This document shows positions 37,013-45,060 of a stretch of DNA of 64,000 nt, one piece after another (positions within the stretch are counted from its first letter, which is position 1; every line of letters starts with the position of its first letter). Source of the stretch: Rickettsiales bacterium (GTDB lineage Bacteria; Pseudomonadota; Alphaproteobacteria; Rs-D84). The position numbers were made by a program, and so were the translations under genes. Under the pieces are notes generated by a model. That model did not search any database and was not told the origin of the DNA. It worked only from the letters and a program-made list of their open reading frames with translations. The stretch lies in the NCBI GenBank assembly GCA_031288835.1, contig JAITQO010000002.1, positions 3,598 to 67,597 on the forward strand, written 5' to 3'.

Positions 37013-38866
37013 TTAAAGGCATGCCCTCAGCGTTTGATACATGGTTCCCAAATCGGTTTTAAGAAGCGTCGCGACGACCATATCCCTGTTGTCCGTCCGC
37101 TCCGCCCCCGCGAGCATTTTCTCGAATCCATGCACGAACTGCATCGCCTGGCTGCGGAAGACGGAGTCCTGCCTAAACATGTTCCTGACGCGCTTTTTAT
37201 CCGCGCTTTTTATCATTTTCGCGAACCATTTGCTGAATATCGCGCGGTCGCCGTCGTTGTATTTTTCCATGACGGAATCGGGGATTTCCGCGCCGATGCT
37301 GCGCGTCAAATCGACGGACAGGTCGTGAAGCTTTTCGATAATCCCTCCGATTTGCCTCGCAAAGTCCTGAGCCGGCCTTGCCGGAGCGGCCTTGTCCGGC
37401 GACGCGGACGCCGCGCGCGCGTTCTCCATGTTCGCGGCCAGTTCCCGCATGGTGCTCGCCGCCTTGGCGTAATCGTCCATCAAGTCAATCATCTGCTGGC
37501 GCGATTCGCCGGATAATTTTTCGAGCGCGAGGGTGGAATCACCGATTCCGCGCAAAGCCTGCGAGGACGCCGTGTTCAGCGCGTCGATTTTTTCCGCCAT
37601 GTCCGATATTTTTCGCGTCAAATCATCGGTCATCTCACCCGACTTGTCGGCAAGGTCGGGCAGAACCGATTCCAGTTTCTCCATCAATTCGGACAACGGC
37701 CGTATGCGCTCGCGCGCGATTTCCAATCCATCCACGGTTCCGTTAACGTTCGCCAGCATCGGAATCACGGAGTCGCGGAACTCGGCCGCTATGTTCGCGG
37801 CGTTCTCCATGGTGTGCGCCGCAGCCGCCTGCGCATTCTGCAGGTTGTCCAGGACATTTTTCGAGAAATCGTCCACTTCGGTCTGGAACTTCGCGCGTAT
37901 GCCCATGATTTCCCCGGCAATCGCGTCGAAAGTTTCCTTTATTGTCCGCGACGTCGCCGACAACTTTTCCGTCGTTTCGTTCAGTTTTCCGGCGCCGGTC
38001 TCGATTGACGACTCCGCAAGGCGTATGTCGGTGCCGATTCGGTTTGCCGTGTCGGACATCGTGTTTACCTGGCTTTGCAACAACTTCCGCGCCTGCTCGG
38101 TGAAATTTTCCATATTCTGCAGCTGGCGCGCCAGCAATTCTCCGCTGTTCGAAAGCGCGCGCTCTATTCCGTGCGACGCCGATTTCACATTTTCGAAATC
38201 TGAAATGATTGAGCGCTGCAGGCCCGACAACTCCTCGCCCATTCCCTTCGCCGCGATGGACAGCATGTTGATTTTATCCGTGCTTCCGTCGATATTCTGC
38301 CGCAATTCGTCTGAAAACCTCCGTCCCGATTCAGACCACCGCCCTATGTTGTCGTTCAATTCCGACGACAGCTCCGCGATGGAGCGGGAGTTCGACTCAA
38401 GTTCCTTAACCAGGCCGCCGACGCCTCCGTTAAAGTCCTCGGCGGAGGAACGAACCGCGTCCCACTTCGGATTGGCTATGATTTCCCCGAGATTCCCGAC
38501 AAGATTCTCCATGGTTTTTGTCATGCCCGCGATACGTTCGGACGCGACATCCGCGGTTCCGACCAAAAGTTTGTTCTCAACGCCCAGTTTTTTTTCAAGC
38601 GCCTCGGCGCGCGCCATATGCTGGCGCAGGACGGCCGTCATCGAATCGAAATTAGCGGTTATTTTTTCAATCGCGCCGGATAGAACCTCATTCAGGATAT
38701 TTTTAGCTTCGCCCAGTTTCGCGCGGCCGGGCTCGAGCAACATGCCCTGCAGGCCGCGCATCGTCCGCTCGGCGCGGCGGTTTTGAAAGAACAGAACAGG
38801 CAGCATCGCGGCCAGCAATCCTGCGGCCGATGCGAGCACAATATAGGCGATTGTTGCTTCCGGCAT
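37013..38866 (-). CDS. Membrane-anchored long coiled-coil protein
   Basis: One N-terminal TM helix (IAYIVLASAAGLLAAMLPVLFF), then about 450 aa of heptad-like, Ala/Glu/Leu/Asn-rich sequence and a distinct ~100-aa C-terminal domain. Confidence 0.7.
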   Translation of the reverse strand: MPEATIAYIVLASAAGLLAAMLPVLFFQNRRAERTMRGLQGMLLEPGRAKLGEAKNILNEVLSGAIEKITANFDSMTAVLRQHMARAEALEKKLGVENKLLVGTADVASERIAGMTKTMENLVGNLGEIIANPKWDAVRSSAEDFNGGVGGLVKELESNSRSIAELSSELNDNIGRWSESGRRFSDELRQNIDGSTDKINMLSIAAKGMGEELSGLQRSIISDFENVKSASHGIERALSNSGELLARQLQNMENFTEQARKLLQSQVNTMSDTANRIGTDIRLAESSIETGAGKLNETTEKLSATSRTIKETFDAIAGEIMGIRAKFQTEVDDFSKNVLDNLQNAQAAAAHTMENAANIAAEFRDSVIPMLANVNGTVDGLEIARERIRPLSELMEKLESVLPDLADKSGEMTDDLTRKISDMAEKIDALNTASSQALRGIGDSTLALEKLSGESRQQMIDLMDDYAKAASTMRELAANMENARAASASPDKAAPARPAQDFARQIGGIIEKLHDLSVDLTRSIGAEIPDSVMEKYNDGDRAIFSKWFAKMIKSADKKRVRNMFRQDSVFRSQAMQFVHGFEKMLAGAERTDNRDMVVATLLKTDLGTMYQTLRACL

Positions 38867-39398
38867 CCCTCTTTCCTTATAAAGCCGAATAATAAACGAA
38901 AAACAAAGGATTGCAAATTAAAAAACGCGCCGCGCGCGTTTATCTTTTTACCTGATTTCTTCCGCTTTTATATCTGCGGATAACATCCAGGCATGTCTCG
39001 AGCTCCTGCAACTGCTCGTCATCCAACTTTTCTTCCAATTGTTTGGCCCCGTATTCGTGGCGAAAAAAATTCACCCAGGAGGCCGCGCATTTAAACTCTT
39101 GCAAAGTTATGACCGCGGGTTCCGTCGTTACCTCTGTTCCTGCTGTCCCCGTTGCCTTCCAATCCGCTTAAACTGACGGAGCACCCCGGCGATGATTTCC
39201 TTATTCATAGCCCATAACTCCCCGCGGTGCCCTTTTGGAACATCGCGAAGCTGCTTCATGTTGGACAGCAGTTCTATTTCTGTAACACTTTCGGCCATAC
39301 CGACCACTTCGTTTGATAAATTATCATACAAAAATATATTTATGTCAAATATATTTTCAATGTTGCGGAACTTATAAAAATGTTATAGCATTCTTCTC

Positions 39399-40394
39399 AT
39401 GAAAATAGATTTGGTGTATTTATGGGTTGACGGCGGCGACCCGAAATGGCAGGAAAAAAAGAACGCGGCGCTGGCTAAAATGGGGCGGCCGATTCCATCC
39501 TATTCGACCGACCAGGCGCGTTTTCAGGACAACGACGAACTGAAATACAGCCTGCGCAGCGCGGAAAGGTTCGCGCCGTGGCTGAACCACATCTATGTGA
39601 TAACCGACGGGCAGACGCCGGAATGGCTGAACGCCGAAAACCCGAAAATAACAATCGTAGACCACAAGGAAATAGTTCCGGCCGAACTGCTGCCGACGTT
39701 CAATTCCAACATGCTGGAGTTTTTTTTGCACAATATTCCCGGCCTGTCCGAACACTTCCTGTATGCCAACGACGACATGTTCTTCGGACGCCCCGCGAAG
39801 CCCGACTTTTTCTTTGACGGGAAGGGCGACCCGATTGTGATTATGGGCGCGCGAAAATGGCCGCGTACGTATTATGAAAAGGGGTATGCCGCGGCGGAAA
39901 AAAAAGGCGTTTTCTTCCAATCGTGCGCGAACGCCCTGAAATACGCGTATGACAAGACCGGCATAAAGTTCCGCATGCGATACAAGCACGCGATAGAGCC
40001 CATGCGGAAATCATACCGCGCGGAAATCGCAGGCGCCGACTACGACTATTTCGCGAAAACGACTTTCACGCCGTTCCGCGAAAAAACGAAGGTTCAGCGG
40101 ATTGTCTTCGACTTTATGGACAACGCGAAGGGGCGCAATACTATCGTCGACAAGTTCAGCGCCGGAACCAGGCGGATTATCATCGGCGACAGGCTGCGCC
40201 TTGCCAAAATTGCGGCGGCGTTCGCCTGCGGAAAACTACGCAGCGGCAACATGAACATGAATTCGGTCTCGCGGCATCTAAAAAACATGCCGGAAACGTT
40301 CTGCGTGAACAGCACGCATACGCTTAACTCGTTTTCGCGGAATCTTCCCGCGATGAAGAAACTCTTTCCGGAAAAATCAGAGTTTGAGAAGTAA
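39399..40394 (+). CDS. Stealth-family sugar-1-phosphate transferase (capsule/EPS phosphotransferase)
   Basis: Stealth CR1 (IDLVYLWVDGGDPKW) and CR2 (NDELKYSLRSAERFAPWLNHIYVITDGQTPEWL) are clearly present. Confidence 0.85.
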   Translation: MKIDLVYLWVDGGDPKWQEKKNAALAKMGRPIPSYSTDQARFQDNDELKYSLRSAERFAPWLNHIYVITDGQTPEWLNAENPKITIVDHKEIVPAELLPTFNSNMLEFFLHNIPGLSEHFLYANDDMFFGRPAKPDFFFDGKGDPIVIMGARKWPRTYYEKGYAAAEKKGVFFQSCANALKYAYDKTGIKFRMRYKHAIEPMRKSYRAEIAGADYDYFAKTTFTPFREKTKVQRIVFDFMDNAKGRNTIVDKFSAGTRRIIIGDRLRLAKIAAAFACGKLRSGNMNMNSVSRHLKNMPETFCVNSTHTLNSFSRNLPAMKKLFPEKSEFEK

Positions 40395-41117
40395 TTCTGG
40401 ATAGCGTTTCGCAATCCGCGCGATGCTTTCGTCGTTTTTCGTCGCGCCGCGGCGAAAGTTCTCGCGGCGGAGCGCCAGCCCCTGGCTGAACCACGCAACC
40501 GGAGAATGCAGATAATTCTTTACAGGCTTTATCTTCTTGCCGTTCAAGACGGCCATGGCCCAGAACCACAAATCGTCGGCGCTGGGAGCTATTCTCATGA
40601 ATAATTCCGCCCGCGAGACATTGGCATGCAGGATATGCGGAGGGTATAGAATGCCTCCGTATCCGATTCCGATTTTGTCGAATCCGGCCGAAAAGTCGGA
40701 GTCCTTTCGATTCAGCTTGTGCCAATCCGCATATCTGGCCGACAAGTCGACGTTCTTCGCGCGCATCGCAATCACACAGTCCGGATTCGCACGGTGTTCG
40801 CGCAGCAACGTCTCGACGACACCGCGCCGGTATGAAATGTCGTCGTCGACCGTAACGATTATGTCGTTCGGAAAATCGCGCAGCGCGGGTATCAGTTTTT
40901 TATGCCCGCGGAAATCGGAATTGAGCCAGCGAACCTCGAAACCCCCTCCTTGCAGCCGCGCAAGCCTATCGGGCAGCCTTTTGTCCGGAAACTGCGGCGC
41001 GGCCAGATATAGAATGATTTTGTCCGGACGGATTGTCTGGCGCAGCATTCTCCTCACGACCTTGTGAGCGATGCCGATTCGCGCGGGGAAAGATGTGAAA
41101 GACACGATTATCCTCAT
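40377..41117 (-). CDS. Putative GT-A glycosyltransferase
   Basis: N-terminal IIVSFTSFPARI... and a DxD-like VTVDDDISY. Its 3' end overlaps the convergent Stealth gene by 18 nt. Confidence 0.6.
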   Translation of the reverse strand: MRIIVSFTSFPARIGIAHKVVRRMLRQTIRPDKIILYLAAPQFPDKRLPDRLARLQGGGFEVRWLNSDFRGHKKLIPALRDFPNDIIVTVDDDISYRRGVVETLLREHRANPDCVIAMRAKNVDLSARYADWHKLNRKDSDFSAGFDKIGIGYGGILYPPHILHANVSRAELFMRIAPSADDLWFWAMAVLNGKKIKPVKNYLHSPVAWFSQGLALRRENFRRGATKNDESIARIAKRYPELLLKL

Positions 41118-41914
41118 TTTGCAACCTTTTTCAATTCGCGCGCATATTCGTCCATGCGGGCGTCGTTTTTAATGTCGTTTTTATCATTTTTATGAAAATA
41201 GTCAATCTTGCGATGTCGGTTGTCGCCGAACAGGGCGTCGCCGCGCAATTGTTTTTCCGCGAACTCGTCGAATGATTTCACCATATAATGATTGACGCGG
41301 ATTACGTCCTGGCCGGCCGGCCGACGCCTTTGCCACATTTTTCTTATGGGGCGTCCCGCCGCATCGACGCGCCTGCCCAGCCACAAAACCGGGCTGTGGG
41401 TGCTGAAAAACGTCAAAATCTTGCGCGGATTGGCGATTGTCTTCACAGGCTTGTTCACCGGGTCATCCGGCAGCGAATGGGCGCGGAACCGCTTAATCAC
41501 AAAACCCGGGACGCGTTTCTTCGCGCCGCCGCTGCCATAAACGAGCCAGTTGATTTCAACCGCCGCCACATTTCCCAAACTGCGCAGATAATCGGGAATC
41601 GTCCTGTGCCTCATGGGAACGATAAACTCGTCCAAATCGATAAAGGCGATGTATTTCGCGTCGCGCCTATGGCGCCTGACGCAATCCCTGTATGCCTTCA
41701 ACTGCATTCTAACGCCGGGAAAATACACATATTCGACAAGGCCGCCGCTTATGTATGGCCCCAAAATCCCGCGCGTACCGTCGGTCGATTCGTTGTCGTA
41801 GATATAGAACTTCCGGACGCCGAGCATTTTATGGTATTCAATCCATTCCTTGAAATATTCGCCCTCGTTCTTCGCAATCGCGCAAACTGCAAGAAAGACC
41901 GCATTTTTCCTCAT
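41114..41914 (-). CDS. GT-A glycosyltransferase (Glyco_tranf_2_4 / GT92-like)
   Basis: Start trimmed to MRKNAVFLAVCAIAKNEGEYFKEWIEYHKMLGVRKFYIYDNESTDGT, and FIDLDEF is present. The track ORF extends 121 codons upstream across the divergent promoter region. Confidence 0.72.
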   Translation of the reverse strand: MRKNAVFLAVCAIAKNEGEYFKEWIEYHKMLGVRKFYIYDNESTDGTRGILGPYISGGLVEYVYFPGVRMQLKAYRDCVRRHRRDAKYIAFIDLDEFIVPMRHRTIPDYLRSLGNVAAVEINWLVYGSGGAKKRVPGFVIKRFRAHSLPDDPVNKPVKTIANPRKILTFFSTHSPVLWLGRRVDAAGRPIRKMWQRRRPAGQDVIRVNHYMVKSFDEFAEKQLRGDALFGDNRHRKIDYFHKNDKNDIKNDARMDEYARELKKVAK

Positions 41915-42013
41915 ACAGCAAGTATAGCAAATGATTTGATTTCTGCAAAGAATTATTGTATCATGCCCGCATCCGCGCGCAGTATGCTCGCGCGCGAAAT
42001 CAGGAAATAAAAA

Positions 42014-42877
42014 ATGAATGAAAAAATCAGCGTCATAATTCCGGTCTATAACGCCGGGAAATACATCCGGCAAACTTTGGACTGCATATGCTTCAACACA
42101 TATAAAAATCTCGAGGTCATATGCGTCCTGGACAAGCCGACCGACGATTCCGAAAGAATCGTCGAGGAATACGCGAAAACCGATGAACGCATAGTGGTTC
42201 TGAAACAGCCTGCGAACAGGGGAATATCGGCGGCGAGAAACCTCGGAATAAAGCGCGCCACCGGCGAATACATGCATTTCATGGACGCCGACGATTTAAT
42301 CAACATGGAGTTCTATGAAAATATGCTCGGCGCCGCGATAGCGGCGGGCGCGGATGCCGCCGCTGGAAATTTTTATCACGAGCGCGTTCCCGGATACAGC
42401 GTCTTCTTCGACTCGACGCTTGTCGTATCGACGGCGGAAGACAAGAACAATCTGCTGCAAGTCTCGTCAAAGCGATACGCATGGCGATATTTGATTCGCC
42501 GGGCGTTCTGGCTGGAAAACAATCTGGCGTTCCCGGAGGAAATGAGGTCGATGGAGGACGCGGTGATGTTCTTGGTAATAATGAAGACGAACCGCGTGGT
42601 GACGGTTCCTGGGGCAGCGTATATCTATAAACACAGGGTCAATTCAATACTGACGAATAAAAATAAAAAGCACAAGGCCGACGTCAAAAAAAACTCCGAG
42701 CTCGCCGACATGCGGATTGCGGAATTGATGAAGGAATACGGGGTATCAGGCAATCCGATTATCCTAAAAAAAGTAAAATATAAAACTTTGTTCAACCGGC
42801 CGATTATAAAAAAAGTATATACCGACAAGGGCGTGAAGGTCTATTTCCTCGGAATTCGGCTGTTAAAAATCGTCTGA
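42014..42877 (+). CDS. Family 2 glycosyltransferase
   Basis: ISVIIPVYNAGKYIRQTLDCI...VLDKPTDDS and FMDADD. Confidence 0.85.
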   Translation: MNEKISVIIPVYNAGKYIRQTLDCICFNTYKNLEVICVLDKPTDDSERIVEEYAKTDERIVVLKQPANRGISAARNLGIKRATGEYMHFMDADDLINMEFYENMLGAAIAAGADAAAGNFYHERVPGYSVFFDSTLVVSTAEDKNNLLQVSSKRYAWRYLIRRAFWLENNLAFPEEMRSMEDAVMFLVIMKTNRVVTVPGAAYIYKHRVNSILTNKNKKHKADVKKNSELADMRIAELMKEYGVSGNPIILKKVKYKTLFNRPIIKKVYTDKGVKVYFLGIRLLKIV

Positions 42878-42912
42878 CTGCGGGCAGGCGCGGGCGCGAA
42901 TGATTTTCGCGC

Positions 42913-42941
42913 TTGCATTGCCCTTCAAAAAAAAGTATAAT
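42913..42941 (+). promoter_or_regulatory. Sigma70-type promoter for the XRE regulator (predicted TSS at the ATG)
   Basis: TTGCAT, 17-nt spacer, TATAAT (42936-42941). The ATG is at 42948. Confidence 0.55.
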
Positions 42942-42947
42942 GCGAAC

Positions 42948-43370
42948 ATGGCAAAGAAAAAAATGGATTCGGCGAACAAGGGAATCAACCAATATATCGG
43001 GCGGAGAATAAAATTGCGCCGCGACATGCTAGGGCTGACGCAAAAGCAGCTGGCCGAGCATTGCGGTGTGACGTTTCAACAGATTCAGAAGTATGAAACC
43101 GGCGAAACCCGCATTTCCGCCGAACGGCTATATCAGCTGGGGCTGGTTCTGGACATGCCGGTGTCGTTTTTGTTCTCGGGACTGCCAAATCAGACGCCGG
43201 CCAGCGACTTCATATCAATCAGCCATGCGAACGAGTTCAGCGCACGGTCGCCGGATGAAAACGACCCGTTATCGAAGAATGAATCGCTCGAAGTGATAAA
43301 ACTGTATTGGAATCTGCCGAACGACGCGCTGCGGGCGAATGTCGTCGCGTTGCTGAAATCGATGAAGTAG
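42948..43370 (+). CDS. XRE-family helix-turn-helix transcriptional regulator
   Basis: IGRRIKLRRDMLGLTQKQLAEHCGVTFQQIQKYETGETRISAERLYQLGLVLDMPVSFLF is a canonical HTH_3/XRE domain. Start trimmed to MAKKKMDS. Confidence 0.85.
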   Translation: MAKKKMDSANKGINQYIGRRIKLRRDMLGLTQKQLAEHCGVTFQQIQKYETGETRISAERLYQLGLVLDMPVSFLFSGLPNQTPASDFISISHANEFSARSPDENDPLSKNESLEVIKLYWNLPNDALRANVVALLKSMK

Positions 43371-43443
43371 GCGCGCGCCTGTTATTTTTCGCTTGGATAA
43401 TTTCCACAAAAACTTTATAATTTGGGTAAACGGAAGGGACTAG

Positions 43444-44790
43444 ATGAAGAAAATGCTTTTATTTTTGGGTGTCGCCGGATTATTCGGTTGCGCTGGCGGA
43501 GGAAAAAGCGCGGAAGAAAATATGGCCGTTCCGACGCCGACGGTCGATTATGTCCGGCATTTGGACCCGCACGGCGGGGAGCACAAAGACGCGTTTTTGT
43601 CGCAATTGACAATGAACTATCGTTCATACGCGATTTATAACGCGGAGGTTTCCGGATTTCCCGACATAGGCGAGATGTTCGCGCAAAAGGCGGTATCCGC
43701 TTTTTCGGGCGAAACGCCGATGCCGGAATCATTGGACAATTGGAACATCGGCAATAAAGACGAGCTGTTCGACTTGCAGAACGCATGCCAAGAATTGATA
43801 GAACAGCTGCAAAACGACGCGTCGGTTGAAAAACCGCGCCTGGCGGCCGAGGCGCAGGCAAAGTTCGACTGTTGGCTTTCCTCGGCGTCCAGCGGGCAGT
43901 TCGGGACGGCGGACGAATGCCGCAAACGGTTCGAGAACGCGCTTTTGGCGCTGAAAGGCAATGGCGGGATTATAGACGAAAACAAACTGCTTGAAAGCAA
44001 GCCTGAGGAACAGCCGACATCCGGATTCGACGAGGCGGGCGATTATCCGGAAACGGCGGAATTGGCGGCGCTGGTGGATACAAAAAGAACGCGCGAAGGC
44101 GTGGTCGTCGTGAACAACATAAATGTGCCGAGCGACCTGATACGCCCGGCTCCGGTGCATCCGGTGGTGTTCAACCAAAACATTTACAGCAACGGCAGGG
44201 TCGATTCCGGCGGTAGCGGGGACGGACCGCTTGGAAGCGAAATGGTGTCGAGGGACGAATTCATAAACATGATGATGGCGCTTCGGAATGAAATCCAGGA
44301 AATAAACGGCAAACTCGCGGACATGCCGAAGGACACCGGCAGCGGCATCGCCACGCTGAAAATCCAGCAGATTCCGATAGAGCCGAAACAAAGGATTATG
44401 GAGGAGATTTTCGAGGTCAGATTCGACTTTGACAAAGCGACGGTAAAATCGGAATACGAGTCCGTGATTCAGAAGCTGGCGGCGACGGCGCGCGAAAGCA
44501 AAAATGTGAAAATCTCGGTCGTCGGGCATACGGATACCGTCGGCGGCGCGAACTATAACTATGCGCTGGGCGGGCGCAGGGCGGAAAATGTAAAGCAGAT
44601 GCTGATTGCGCAGGGCGTTCCGGCCGGTTCAATCATCGTTTTGTCCAGCGGAAAGAACGATTTGAAGATTCCAACGGGCAAGAATGTGAAGAATGCCGAA
44701 AATCGCCGTGTCCGCGTTGTGAAAGAGGTCAGATATAAAGAACGCCCGCAAATGCCGGAGCCGGTCGTGGAAGTTGAGATGAAAAAATAA
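43444..44790 (+). CDS. OmpA-family lipoprotein
   Basis: Lipobox LFGCAGG. The C-terminal OmpA-like peptidoglycan-binding domain reads VRFDFDKATV...VVGHTDTVGGANYNYALGGRRAENV. Confidence 0.88.
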   Translation: MKKMLLFLGVAGLFGCAGGGKSAEENMAVPTPTVDYVRHLDPHGGEHKDAFLSQLTMNYRSYAIYNAEVSGFPDIGEMFAQKAVSAFSGETPMPESLDNWNIGNKDELFDLQNACQELIEQLQNDASVEKPRLAAEAQAKFDCWLSSASSGQFGTADECRKRFENALLALKGNGGIIDENKLLESKPEEQPTSGFDEAGDYPETAELAALVDTKRTREGVVVVNNINVPSDLIRPAPVHPVVFNQNIYSNGRVDSGGSGDGPLGSEMVSRDEFINMMMALRNEIQEINGKLADMPKDTGSGIATLKIQQIPIEPKQRIMEEIFEVRFDFDKATVKSEYESVIQKLAATARESKNVKISVVGHTDTVGGANYNYALGGRRAENVKQMLIAQGVPAGSIIVLSSGKNDLKIPTGKNVKNAENRRVRVVKEVRYKERPQMPEPVVEVEMKK

Positions 44791-44795
44791 TAAAG

Positions 44796-44824
44796 TTGAC
44801 AAAATAACATTTTTAGGATATATT
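44796..44824 (+). promoter_or_regulatory. Near-consensus promoter for a small ORF
   Basis: TTGACA, 17-nt spacer, TATATT. Confidence 0.55.
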
Positions 44825-44844
44825 TAATATAAAGGCAACAAAAA

Positions 44845-44970
44845 ATGAAAAAAAAGAGCGAATCATTCAACGAAGGGGCTTCCAAAGTCCAACAGAAGCA
44901 AGAGGTCAACCTAGTGGAGGCGTTGAAAATAAAGATAAACACTGGAAATAACGGCAGCAATACGATATAG
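44845..44970 (+). CDS. Small hydrophilic protein (41 aa)
   Basis: MKKKSESFNEGASKVQQKQEVNLVEALKIKINTGNNGSNTI, framed by its own promoter and terminator. Coding status is unproven. Confidence 0.4.
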   Translation: MKKKSESFNEGASKVQQKQEVNLVEALKIKINTGNNGSNTI

Positions 44971-44973
44971 GAA

Positions 44974-44996
44974 CCCGCCGCATGGCGGTTTTTTTA
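44974..44996 (+). terminator. Intrinsic terminator
   Basis: CCCGCC-GCAT-GGCGG followed by TTTTTTT. Confidence 0.65.
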
Positions 44997-45060
44997 TTGA
45001 AAAATCAACCTTGAAATCATATGAAAAAATGCTATATAATTGCCATAGGAGCCAAACATA

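Noticed and set aside
37533-38786. A 417-aa ORF on the + strand opposite the coiled-coil protein gene.
   Set aside because: Its composition is Ser/Phe/Arg-rich and featureless. The minus-strand frame has a start with a TM helix, a coherent heptad pattern and a proper stop next to a convergent gene. It is an antisense artefact of a codon-biased repeat gene.
38973-39331. A 67-aa minus-strand ORF (39128-39331) followed by an ~55-codon open frame lacking an ATG. I considered this as a toxin-antitoxin-like pair.
   Set aside because: No recognisable TA motifs, no clear RBS and no clear start for the second frame. The evidence is insufficient to call either as a gene.
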